DNA from: Moniliella sp. 'wahieum'
Taxonomy: Eukaryota
Length of the DNA: 64,000 nucleotides
Direction of reading: 5' to 3'
NCBI GenBank assembly: GCA_003971905.1
Contig: RSEE01000076.1
Span: 124,001-188,000, forward strand
Shown: piece by piece, positions 14,194-24,236 of the stretch
How positions within the stretch are numbered: the first letter of the stretch is position 1
Layout: the number at the start of each line of letters is the position of its first letter
Position numbers and translations under genes: made by a program
The notes under the pieces: generated by a model
Told to the model about the DNA's origin: nothing
Database searches by the model: none
Seen by the model: the letters and a program-made list of their open reading frames with translations, nothing else

Positions 14194-17100
14194 GTGCGCG
14201 GGGGTGAGGCGCTCATTATCCTCGCAGAGGACTTGTTGAGCGCATTGTTTATCACTCGCCCAGGACGCGCGCCCCTTCTTTCCCCCCCTTCTTCTTCTAA
14301 CAACATCCCATCTCCACCTTGCTCCACACCTCGCTCGGCTGAATTTATCTTTGACAGCGGAGCCTCCCATCGCCTTGTCAATGATGCAAGCTTGGCGAAA
14401 AACTTCGTGCCTCCCTCCCGTCCCACCTCGGTAGTCACTGCAGGGGGGCAGAAACTGCCGGTCGCTGGGGTGAATGGCACCTTACGCCTCCTACAATATG
14501 ATCCATTGTCGGCCTCGCTACTACCACAGAATGTGAGCACTGAACGTCGTATTGACTAAGAAGCTTCTGCGACTGACTCGTCCAGAAGACTGGTGCGAGC
14601 TCGGAAGGAATGAAAGCTGACTCACGTGACTCAGGGTCCGCGCGGTCCTAGGACGGATGTCAACACCCCCGCTGACCGGAGGGCCCAGTCATGTGGACTG
14701 GATCCATCTCCTCGACGCGGAGTTGAGCAAGATGGCTTGTCAGGGCGGGACGGCCGAGAGGCTTGGTGAGGACGTCCGCTGGGTTCCTTTCGCCGGGGAT
14801 GTGTACAAGTATGGCCTCGCCCGAGTCCACGTGTTGCCGTACATTGTGGTACCGGATCTTCAGCTCTCGGAGCTTGCCGGTGCTGCCAAATTTGTGGGCG
14901 AGATCGACGACAGACTTATTGTCGCAATACCAATGAATGGGTGTACCCTCGCCGATGGCCCCAAGCTCGATCATGATGTTCTTGACATAGTTGGCGTCAA
15001 CCAGTCCATCATATCCTGCCGTATATTCGGCGGCGGCGGTACTGGTAACGCTCTTCGGCTGAAGAATGGATCGCCACGACACCGGCACACCGTACACCAT
15101 CAGTAGGCATCCAGATGTGGAGCGTGCCTGGATGGGATCTCCCGCCAAGTCGGAATCTGTATACAGCGCAATGGCCGGTGCATCTGATGTTGGGGTCAAC
15201 CTCAGGCCCTTTCCTCGAGTATGGTACAGGTAGCGAAGGAAGTCATCGACTGCTTGATGATGCTGCTGCGATGGGTCGGCAGCGGCTCTGCTGAGGGCCG
15301 TGATAGCGAAGAGGGAGTCAGGCCGGCCCATTCGTGCAGCCCACAGTCCCGATCCGATCTTCCCCTGATATGCCTTGCGCAAGGCTGGGAGGGATGGGGG
15401 TTCAGGGTCGGCACGGGGCGGTATCATCCGTACGGGATGTGGGAGAGTCCGGATCCACGGGGCTTTGATGTGGTGCTTTGCCACCACTTCCTCGATGAAC
15501 TTTGGTTGGCTCAGGTACAGCTCCCCACCGATCCGATCGTATTGGCATCCCAGGTGGTAGTGAAGGGGACCGTTACCACGAACATCAATGTGTGTGTTTA
15601 TCTCGGCCATAAACTCCTCGTACTTTTGGTGTGACTTGCATGCGAGGAGCAGATCGTCGGTGTGGACCGCCAGGAGGATCTGCTCACCCGGTGGTGCAGC
15701 GCGCACGAACAAGCAGGGCTCGGTCAAGCTTTGCGTGAAGCCGAGCTTGTCACGCAGCAGGTTCCGGATGTATCGTGCCCAGTTTGCTCCGCTCTGATGT
15801 AGCCCGTATAGACTCTTCTTGAGACGCCACACGCGACCACCCGCTTCGGGGAAGTAGGGGGGTGGGCGGATGTAGACTGCTTCTTCGAGGGGGGCGTTCA
15901 GGTACGCTGCATTGACGTCCGCCGAGAAGAGGCCAAACTTATACTTCTCGGCCAGCACGACGAGGGTCAGGATGGCAGGTGTGCGCACCGATGGTGCGAA
16001 CGTCTGGCCCCAAGTCTCGGCCGATTGTTGGTGTCCGCCCGCGACAAAGCGCGCGCGGTGGCGCAGGAACCGGCCCTCGGCGTCCGTCTTTGTGGTGATG
16101 CGCCATAGTCCTATGAGGATTTGTGCACCCGGTGGTGGGTACGTAGCCTCGTAGGTGCCGTATCGCGCGAGTGTGGCCACCTCGTCGGCCATAGCCTGCT
16201 TGACCATGGCAAAGGAGGGGTGAGTCTCGAGACCCTTGAGCGTCTTGGGAGCGAGGGGTACGCCATCCTTGGTGAGCTGAACCGTGTCCGGGTGGATGGG
16301 TGCGCTGAGAGCAGTCATGGCGGCGTATTCGGGAGGTTGAACTGTGTCGGCAAACGGGGGGGCGGATGTGTCAGGTAGGGGGCGGGCGATGCCGATCTCT
16401 GGTGCGGCGCAGTGGGGCGTGGCGGCTGCAGCACGAGCATGGTAGGTCGTGTCGGTGGGGTCGTCAGCGATTGGGAGTGTGTGCAGGTCGAGGGAGGTGC
16501 GGGTGGTGCGCTGGCGGAGGGGGGGGTAGCGGCGCGGAGGGGGGGTGGTGGTGGGAGCGGGTGTCTGGGGTGTGGCGGCGGTTCGGGGCATGGGTGCTGC
16601 CGCGGCTGGCGGAGTAGGGTTAGCGTCTTTTTCACTGTCGATTTTAATTTGAGGTGATTTGGAGATGTCGGGTGGGAAGTGGTCGGGGTGGAGATGGGGG
16701 TAGATGGCGTTGCCCCATTTGTACGGTTTCGACCAGCGGTAGGTGAAGGTACCCAGGGATGGTTGGTATGTGGCGAAGAGCCATCCCTTTGATCCGCGCT
16801 GATGGTGGTATCCTACCAGCATACCTTCCTCTGCCCGCGCGCTGAGCTTGTGCTCGCGGCGTGACTCGGGCAGATGGAGGTATGCAACGCGGCCAAAGGG
16901 TTGCATCGGTAACGAGTATGCGTGGCCTTTGTATCGCTCAAATCGCGATTTGTTGTCTTCCCCGGATGTTTTGAGTGGCATTTGGTTTTGGGTGAAGCAC
17001 GCAGCGTGGAGGCTGTGTTCCCACCAGTCCGACGTCGGAAGACCTGTACCCAAGAGCAACTGCCTTGCACGAGTCGTTATGGTTCGGATGGCACGCTCAG

Positions 17101-20100
17101 CCACACCGTTGCTAGCACTCTGCCCCGGGATTGTCCGTTCTGACGTGATGCCTTGCTCGTCCAGAAAAGGTTGCAGTGCGCTTGTCAATTCGGGGGCGTT
17201 GTCCGTGCGCAAAGTCCGCAGCAGTCTGTCCGGGCCGTAGCGTTGCTCCCGCAATATGAGGTTCCGCAGTTCCTTCGTTGCAGCGCCCTTTGTCGGGATC
17301 GCTGTGGTGAAGACGTACCGCGTGAAGTCATCAACGGCGACGAGGGCGTATCCGTGCCCCATGCCGGTTACCCGGGGGAGGTCTACTACGTCGACGTGGA
17401 GGACCTCGAAAGGTCTTTTGGATCGGAGGCGGTCCCGGCTCGGATGGGGCGATGCTGTCGCTAGTGCCACCGCGCATGTTGGGCAATCCCACTCTGAACG
17501 ACAGAGGGAGATATGCTTGGCTGTGACGCGGAGGCCTGCGGTTTCCGATCGTGTAAGCCAGGGGAGGAGGTCGATGGCTGCGTGGTTCCAGCGTTTGTGG
17601 GCTTTAGAGACGTGGTCCAGGGCCAGGGATGCTGCGAGGGAGTTTGGGGTTGAGGGTGGGTCGGCCGGTTTGATCGGTTTGGTCGCCATGGCCCGCAGGG
17701 GTGTGGGTGGCGTTCGCGGGTTGTGTAAGATCGTGAATTGATAGTCACTGCCGGTTACTTTTCGTAGGGTGGATCCTGGGTTACCAAGCCAGATACCCTT
17801 CTGGTGTGGGGCGAAGTATGATGCGATTCCGGTGTTCGACAGGTGTGCTACACTGACGAGATTTCGGCTGAAACGGGGCATGTATAGGCTGTTGGGGAGT
17901 TTTATCTCCATTTGGTGTCCTCCTAAGCATCGGATACGGATTGTGGCCGTGCCTCGTCCTTCCGCCTTTACATGTGTCCCGTTAGCAACCTCTATCTCGT
18001 CGTCGCAAGGGGTCATGGATGTGAAGACGGATTTGTCTTTCCAAATGGATGGGAATGCCCCACTGTCATATAATGCCCGGATGATTCGCATTTCGCCCCC
18101 GAGTTCCTAGTAGTCAGCTGTGCCCGCATCAACGTCAATCACTTCAGACTCGGGAGAGCTCGCTCTCTGAGCGACGTGAGCGTTGGCTCGGCCTGGGTTG
18201 CGCGGAGGGACAACAGGTTTATTAGACGTCGCGCTGCGCCAGGGTTGGTTGGTGCGGTCTTGCCCCTTGGTCTTTGTGTCCGCGAGGTTGTCGTCGCCGG
18301 CTTTGCCCCCGCTGGAGTTTTTTCCCCCGCTGGTGGGTCGTCCCCCGCTGTCGGGTCGAGTCCAAGGCGTTCCTCCGTTGACCGGCTTGCCTCCGTTTCT
18401 CTTCCTTTCTCCACCGGGATACGTGGCGGCTGGTATGTCCATCACGGCCTGCCGTAACTTGTCTAGACTCGAGCGCTCTTCACGCTGGCGAATGCTCATG
18501 TCGCGTAAGCCGAGTAGGATCCCAGTGCGTTCCTGCTCTTCCGTAAGTGGGATGCCCGCTCGCGTCAGGCTTGCACTGATCTCTTCCATGTAGTCGAGGT
18601 AGTCTCGACCCGATCGGTTTCCTTGGTCGGCCGAAAAGTAGCGAATGAGAGAGAGGCCCTCTGTTTGCGGTAGGCGTATATCCATACCGCTGACGCAGCA
18701 TGTTCAGCGTGTCCTGGGTGCATGATATTTCGTGGTGGGTGCGGATCGTCCGGAAGAGGGTTGACGGCATGGCTTCCCTAAGAAGGTTGTGCAAGCGTCT
18801 GTCGAGGTCCTCGGTGAAGTAGCGGGAGCTGCGACCATTCTGGACGACGTCGCTTGCGTGGGGGTGGGCATCTGTTATCGCGAAGAGAAATTCGTCTTCC
18901 CAAGCGCTGTAGGCGGACGGGTCTTTGTTCAGATCAGGCCACTTGATATTCTTGGTGGGAGACTCGCGTAGTGATCTGTAAAGGTCGTACTCGGGTCGCG
19001 AGGCTGCGCCTGTAGGTGCCCCCAAAGTTGCGTTGGGTTGAGTTTCCATTTGGTGGATGTTTTGCACCACAAAATTCGTAGCCCGTCGAACCCAGTTTGT
19101 CGTGATAGACGTAGGTTCGTCCTTCCATCCAAGCCACTCGGCTCTGTCGTGTATAGCTCTGTTGATCTTCTCTTTAACGACATCGATGTCGTTCGTCTTC
19201 TTGAACCACAGGTGCGCTTCGGCGCAAAGCATCATGAGTTCCTCGTTGTCGGTGCCAATCGGTGGCGGATCGCGACCGGTTGGTGTCCAGTAATCGCGCT
19301 TGTTCACCATTGTGGTGTCGCTGACCGAGAGATCGGTGTTAGCGTTGGCGCCCATGGTTGTGGGTGTAGTTTTGGCCAGCTCAGGGATGAGCAGATAAGG
19401 ATGTAACTCTGTCGGCCTCGCTACTACCACAGAATGTGAGCACTGAACGTCGTATTGGACTAAGAAGCTTCTGCGACTGACTCGTCCAGAAGACTGGTGC
19501 GAGCTCGGAAGGAATGAAAGCTGACTCACGTGACTCAGGGTCCGCGCGGTCCTAGGACGGATGTCAACATCCATCCCAGCGCAAGTGGGAGGCGCTTCAC
19601 TTCAATGGGGTTATGCTGGTACCTGACCTCATTACTAATCTCCTCAGTACCCAAGGAGTGGCAGCCACGGTGGGAGTACGCTATTTCGGGACCATGAGGT
19701 GGTGTTTTTCACCAAGAATGGCACTTCCCTCGGGGTTCCACTGAAGGGCACCTACCCCAGAGCGGAAATGGTAGTGTGCACGGATGACTGCCAGGTGGAC
19801 GGTGCAGTATTAGCGTTCCCTATTCTATCGGAGACTGAGGATGACTCTTTGAATGATCCTGATGACCAGTTGCGGGACAAACTCTTTCCTCGGCCTGTAG
19901 CTGAGACCCCAGCCCCCGACTTGACGCGCGCGTCAGCTTGGTTGTGGCACCTTCGGCTTGGCCATGCCGGCGCTGAGGCCGTGAAACACACGTCTACGGC
20001 CAGCAAAGGGGGATCTTGGCCGCCTTCGTTTCCTGAGTTTTCTTCCTGCGATGTTTGCCGTACTGCCAAGTCGCGAGCCCCGGCGGGGGAATGATTCTCG

Positions 20101-22963
20101 TCTCATCTTGGCCCGCCTCGACCTGGTGTCAGCCGATGTGGTGGGCCTTGGAATGAGCCAGATGCTTTGCAGCACAAGGTACCTTGGCACTACATTCTTG
20201 TCGTGGTGGACAATTACAGTGGCATGACCTGGGTCTGGCCGTTGAAGGACAAGGCCAGTGCTGCACCCTGCCTCATTCAGTGGGCTACCTTAATTCATCG
20301 CGAAACAGAAAAACATCCAAAAGAATTACGTGTGGACCAAGGCGAATTATGGACTAATGAGGTCAAGACATGGGCTGCTCGTTCAGGTTGCCTTTTGACA
20401 GCTTCTCCTACTCAAGAATCCACAGGGAACGCCGTCGCAGAGCGAATGAACCAAGAGATTGAGAAGTTGTCCCGTTGTCTCATGCACCACGCCCAGTTGC
20501 CGGGGCGGTTTTGGCCCTATGCTGCGACGCACGCCGGATACATTCACAACCGCCTCGCCAGCAAAGCGCATGCCTGGAAGACGCCGTATGAACTGTGGAC
20601 GGGCCAACCCCCCACTCTGTCTGCTCTGCGGGTGTTTGGTTGCACTGCTTGGGTTGTGCTGCATGGTGGGAATCGACGTGCCTGGACACAAGCTAGTGAA
20701 CTCAGCGGCAAATACCTCGCTCCACGTGCCGTTCGAGGGGTGTACCTGGGTTACAGTGACCTGCCGGGCCAAGTCAAAGGTCATCGTGTTTGGGTCGAGG
20801 TGTTGGACCGTATCGTGACAGTTACGATGTGCATTTTGCTGAGGGAGAGTCGGGTCGGCTGGAGGAGCAGCCGCGCCTCCAGGACGATTATGTACGTGAT
20901 ATTCCCCTTGATCCCCTTGCTCAACCCTATCCCACAGCAGTGGGTGGTGAAGATGGTATTGCTGGTGACATTCCCCCTCCTTTCCTCCGCGGCGTCCACC
21001 CACCCGGACCGCCGGGCCTTACCACCCCACCGTCCCCTACAAACACCCGGGAGGGAATCGCCCGCGCGGAGTTCCGGCGCATGCTCGACGTGACCAAGCG
21101 TGAGCGTGAAGCTGATCCACCAGCACTCGTTGACGAGCCCAGGAAGCGTGCTCGATCGGCTCTTGCTGTGGAGCTGGCAGTCGAACTTGATGCTGTGGAC
21201 CTGGCTCCTGTCCCAGGGGGGCTGCTTGCGCAGGTCACTCTTGGCCTTGCCCATCTTGCTGCCGGGATGTTGCATCGGTGGCCACCGGCGGAGCCTACGC
21301 GACCCAGGCCCTGCATGCAGTTGCCGTGGTGCAGGACACACTAGCGCTCACAGCACAGGGCGTGGTCTTTCGCGTACAAGAGGAGCGTAGCGCCGATGGC
21401 GAGCTGCTTGAACCCCTGTCGTTTCAAGAGGCATGCCAGCGACCAGACTGGCCCGTCTGGCATGCTGCCATGGTTAAGGAGGTGAACAAGATGCGGGAAC
21501 TCGCGGTTTTTGAGCTCGTGGATCGGCCTGCCAATGTTCCTGTTCTTCGGTGCCAGGGTGGTTTAAAGCGAAGCTGGATGACACTCGTCAGGTTACCAAG
21601 CACAAAGCCCGTCTCGTTGCCGATGGACGGACCCAGGTTCAAGGAGTGAACTTTGACGAGGTTTTTGCTCCCGTTGTCAGGAGTGAGACCATCCGGGTCT
21701 TGCTCTCTTGGCGTGTCGTTTTTGCCTGCATGTCCATCAAATGGATGTGGAGGCGGCATACTTACATGCGGCAGTTGACACTGAGGTTTACATGGCCATC
21801 CCGCCTGGCTTCAGGGGTCCTGACACGGAGGGCAAGTGCTGGAAGTTGCTCAAGGGTGTTTACGGCCTACGCCAGGGGGGCAAGCTTTTCCACGACCATC
21901 TGGATGGGTGTTCTTCCGTCTCGGCTACCACCGGTTGCAAGGGGAACCGTGTGTATATCTTCGCGGCCAGGGCAGTGCTTTGGTTCTGGTGGCCTGCTTT
22001 GTGGATGATACTGTTTGGGCCTGTGCCGACTTGACGCGCTTGCAAGAGGCCAAGCGCCAATTTGCCAAGCAATTGCCCGTGACTGATGGCGGCCCTGTCA
22101 GCTACTTGTTAGGGGTGAAGGTGGAGTATGATCAAGCAGCCCGTACCTGCTTCCTCAGCCAGCGGGGATACGTGGAGGGTGTGCTTGCGCATTATGGGGA
22201 AAAGCTAACCTCACCTCCCAGCCCTCGACCTGCTCGCCCGGCGCATCTACTACCTTTCTCGGGCCAGGCCAGTGATGCGGATCGTCGTCAGTGCGGGCTT
22301 ATTGGTCACCTTGGCTTCGCTGCCCTTAACACCCGCCCTGACATTGCTCAAGCTGTGTGGTGCGTGTGTGGTCGCTTCATGGCTAACCCGGGACAGATCA
22401 CTTCAATGCCGCGTTTCAGGTCCTACGCTTTCTTCGTCGCTCACCGGGAAAAGGTCTCCATTTCTCCTTTCACGCTGATGCGCCGTTGCTAAATGGGTTT
22501 AGCGATGCCGACTGGGCGGGGTGCCCGGCGAACCGGCGTTCGACCTCTGGGTATGTTTTCTTGTGGCTGGCAATTTGGTTTCTTGGTCGTCGCGGCAGCA
22601 ACTCATGGTCACACTCTCGAGCACCGAAGAGGAGTATGTTGCCCTGGCTCATGCGGCCAAGGAAGCAGTGTGGCTCAGGCTGTTGCTCCGGGAAATCTTA
22701 CCACATGAGGAGGTGGTGCCCACCATCTTCACTGACTCTCTCGGCGCCCGCAAGCTGGCCGAGGGCCACACCATTCACAAGCGCTCGAAGCACATCGATT
22801 TGCGGCACCACTTTCTGAGGGAACTCATTGCCGCCAACGTGCTCCTCTGGCGCAAGTGGCGGGGGTGCACAATCCGGCTGACATGTTCACCAAGACGATC
22901 TCGGGCCGCGCAGTCGACGCTAGGGCGGAGCAACTTGGTCTGCGTGGTGGCGGTGGCAGCTAA
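14194..22963 (+). CDS. Pol of Copia A, split by insertion of element B (coding parts about 14194-14506 and 19575-22963); several indels
   Basis: Protease EFIFDSGASHRL (about 14341); GAG-pre-integrase LWHLRLGH..CDVC; integrase DLVSADVVG/VVDNYS/RVDQGEL/AVAERMNQ; RT HKARLVADG..QGVNFDEVFAP, HQMDVEAAYL, CFVDD; RNase H DADWAG..RRSTSGY, LSSTEEEY, RSKHIDLRHHFLRE, NPADMFTK. Confidence 0.9.
14618..14633. promoter_or_regulatory. Composite TGACTCA-CACGTG-TGACTCA motif in the B-family LTR (also present in the copies at 19410-19569 and 27663-27821)
   Basis: TGACTCACGTGACTCA contains two AP-1/Gcn4 consensus sites overlapping a bHLH E-box; function is inferred only. Confidence 0.45.
14660..18091 (-). CDS. 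Pol polyprotein of Copia B (PR-INT-RT-RNase H), intact; the frame stays open up to the gag TAG at 18107-18109
   Basis: LYDSGA protease; HKRWNH..CPTC; LHVDV/VDDFTR/LRTDN/NGVAERAIR integrase; HRARFVAGG, SADVNAAYL, AVHTDD RT; YTDSDLAG..RSTSG, YCDNKS, NPADVLTKPL RNase H. The TGA stop lies inside the 3' LTR. Confidence 0.96.
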   Translation of the reverse strand: MRIIRALYDSGAFPSIWKDKSVFTSMTPCDDEIEVANGTHVKAEGRGTATIRIRCLGGHQMEIKLPNSLYMPRFSRNLVSVAHLSNTGIASYFAPHQKGIWLGNPGSTLRKVTGSDYQFTILHNPRTPPTPLRAMATKPIKPADPPSTPNSLAASLALDHVSKAHKRWNHAAIDLLPWLTRSETAGLRVTAKHISLCRSEWDCPTCAVALATASPHPSRDRLRSKRPFEVLHVDVVDLPRVTGMGHGYALVAVDDFTRYVFTTAIPTKGAATKELRNLILREQRYGPDRLLRTLRTDNAPELTSALQPFLDEQGITSERTIPGQSASNGVAERAIRTITTRARQLLLGTGLPTSDWWEHSLHAACFTQNQMPLKTSGEDNKSRFERYKGHAYSLPMQPFGRVAYLHLPESRREHKLSARAEEGMLVGYHHQRGSKGWLFATYQPSLGTFTYRWSKPYKWGNAIYPHLHPDHFPPDISKSPQIKIDSEKDANPTPPAAAAPMPRTAATPQTPAPTTTPPPRRYPPLRQRTTRTSLDLHTLPIADDPTDTTYHARAAAATPHCAAPEIGIARPLPDTSAPPFADTVQPPEYAAMTALSAPIHPDTVQLTKDGVPLAPKTLKGLETHPSFAMVKQAMADEVATLARYGTYEATYPPPGAQILIGLWRITTKTDAEGRFLRHRARFVAGGHQQSAETWGQTFAPSVRTPAILTLVVLAEKYKFGLFSADVNAAYLNAPLEEAVYIRPPPYFPEAGGRVWRLKKSLYGLHQSGANWARYIRNLLRDKLGFTQSLTEPCLFVRAAPPGEQILLAVHTDDLLLACKSHQKYEEFMAEINTHIDVRGNGPLHYHLGCQYDRIGGELYLSQPKFIEEVVAKHHIKAPWIRTLPHPVRMIPPRADPEPPSLPALRKAYQGKIGSGLWAARMGRPDSLFAITALSRAAADPSQQHHQAVDDFLRYLYHTRGKGLRLTPTSDAPAIALYTDSDLAGDPIQARSTSGCLLMVYGVPVSWRSILQPKSVTSTAAAEYTAGYDGLVDANYVKNIMIELGAIGEGTPIHWYCDNKSVVDLAHKFGSTGKLRELKIRYHNVRQHVDSGEAILVHIPGERNPADVLTKPLGRPALTSHLAQLRVEEMDPVHMTGPSGQRGC
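18107..19355 (-). CDS. Gag of Copia B (one frameshift near 18660), ending in TAG in frame with pol
   Basis: ATG at 19355, about 55 nt after the 5' LTR; copia-gag-like WPDLNKDPSAYSAWEDEF and LTRAGIPLTEEQERTGILLGL; no CCHC knuckle seen. Confidence 0.8.
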
Positions 22964-23221
22964 CCACGTTGGGCTCCGGAGCCCTTCTTTCTCTCAAGAC
23001 CGGTTTCTTTTCTTTCGTCTTGGTTTCTCATCTACACAAATTAAATCGCAGCGGGACTGGGTTTTTTTTTTTTTTCGCATCCACGATGCGTTTGTTTTAC
23101 CAGTTCCTGCTCACCAGAAAAAATACATGTTTGGTGCTCGCGGCCGTGAATCATTTCTCCCTTTCGTCTCGATGTTCTTTGGCCTCACCACCTTTGGCCT
23201 GGCGAGCTCACCGAGGGGGGC

Positions 23222-23561
23222 TGCTAGAGGGTAGTGCTAGGGTTCACCTGCACTCTCTCCAATGGATCGGTGATGCTCGCTGGTTCGGGTGATTCGAACC
23301 TTGCGTGGCCAACGCCACCCCTTGTCTGTTCCGACTTGCTTGCTTGACTCTTATCTTCTTCCCTTCAGCTTGCTTGAAGGACTTGTGGCTAACTGCCTGC
23401 CTTCTTGCACGCCTTGAAGGGCGCCTCTGCTTTCCCTGTTCTGTGTTGTCCTCCGCAATGGAGCTTGCTTGAAGGACTTGTGGCTAACTGCCCTGCCTTC
23501 TTGCACGCCTTGAAGCTTATCTCTCGTGCTGCCCATAGCGTTTCCCAGCTGCAGTCTAGCA
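23222..23561 (+). repeat. 3' LTR of Copia A (340 bp) with an internal direct repeat of about 54 bp
   Basis: Repeat copies at 23367-23419 and 23462-23515; the 5' LTR has a single copy. Confidence 0.95.
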
Positions 23562-23772
23562 TTCTGAAGGTAACATATCCTGTCAGGCAATTGTATGCAT
23601 GCGCGGTTAGCCTCGAGCAACAATTGAATCGCCAAATGCTTTGCGGAGGGGGGCGTACTGGGCGTTCTTTTGGCCCGGATATCAGCCAAGCAATGAGCTA
23701 TCAGATTCGGAGCACCGGGGGGTCCAGGGAATTGCATCATCGTGTTTTCCTGCCATTGAGGTAAGGCGAAAC

Positions 23773-24236
23773 TGTCATGGGGCGACGCGCAGCACAGCCA
23801 CCGGAAATATTCCGTTGGCGCCGCCGCTGCTTATCGTTCGCTCTTGGCTTCTAATCAGTTCGATCGCCGATGTTCCGCGCGTGCAGATCGGCGGGAGCCA
23901 TCAGCCGCGTGGTCTCCAACAGACCACAGTCAGGCCGCTTGCCTATTGTACGACTTGCGGGCCTTTGCCTGCCTATATAAAGACCCGCTCTGTACTAAGA
24001 ATGCATGGAGGCAAGCGACCAATCGTCTTGTCCTACGTCCACCCTCAGCGCCGCCTTCTCCAGGACTCAGCTTAGGAACGCTATCGCTAGGAAGGCAGAG
24101 GGGAGGACGCCTCTTGGGTACGAAGCTCGTGCTTCGGGCCTACGACTGGTCCCCTTGCCTGACGAGCCAGAGGGCAGGCTCCCTTTGTGCCCCCGTCGGG
24201 CGAGGTTGTCATCGCCCGGGAGGCCACACCGTTACA
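23773..24236 (+). mobile_element. Solo LTR of a third family (C, 464 bp)
   Basis: TGTCATGG...CCGTTACA ends; exact 5-bp TSD GAAAC at 23768-23772 and 24237-24241; internal TATATAAA near 23974; absent from the duplicated segment at about 31.9 kb. Confidence 0.85.

Larger units (their letters stand above)
14507..19569 (-). mobile_element. Ty1/Copia LTR retrotransposon B, nested in reverse orientation inside the protease region of A
   Basis: LTRs 14507-14665 and 19410-19569 differ by one indel; TSD TCCAT at 14502-14506 and 19570-19574; PPT AGCGGGGG (minus strand) next to 14665; uninterrupted 1143-aa pol. Confidence 0.97.
12013..23561 (+). mobile_element. Ty1/Copia LTR retrotransposon A (full length, interrupted by element B)
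   Basis: LTRs 12013-12256 and 23222-23561 (TGCTAG...CTAGCA); 5-bp TSD TTCTG at 12008-12012 and 23562-23566; PBS-like GGTTATGTCGCCC at 12257; PPT GAGGGGGG before the 3' LTR; domain order PR-INT-RT-RH. Confidence 0.96.

Noticed and set aside
14189..18109. Genome-wide reassignment of TAG as a sense codon
   Set aside because: No in-frame TAG was noticed within conserved host coding blocks; the TAGs of interest sit only at the gag/pol junctions.
23367..23515. CRISPR-like repeat-spacer-repeat
   Set aside because: Only two repeats, located inside a eukaryotic LTR, with no cas genes.
24150..24185. Hammerhead ribozyme (CTGACGA-GCC..GGC) in solo LTR C, which would make it a retrozyme
   Set aside because: The required GAAA after stem II is absent (AGGC instead) and no stems I or III were found.
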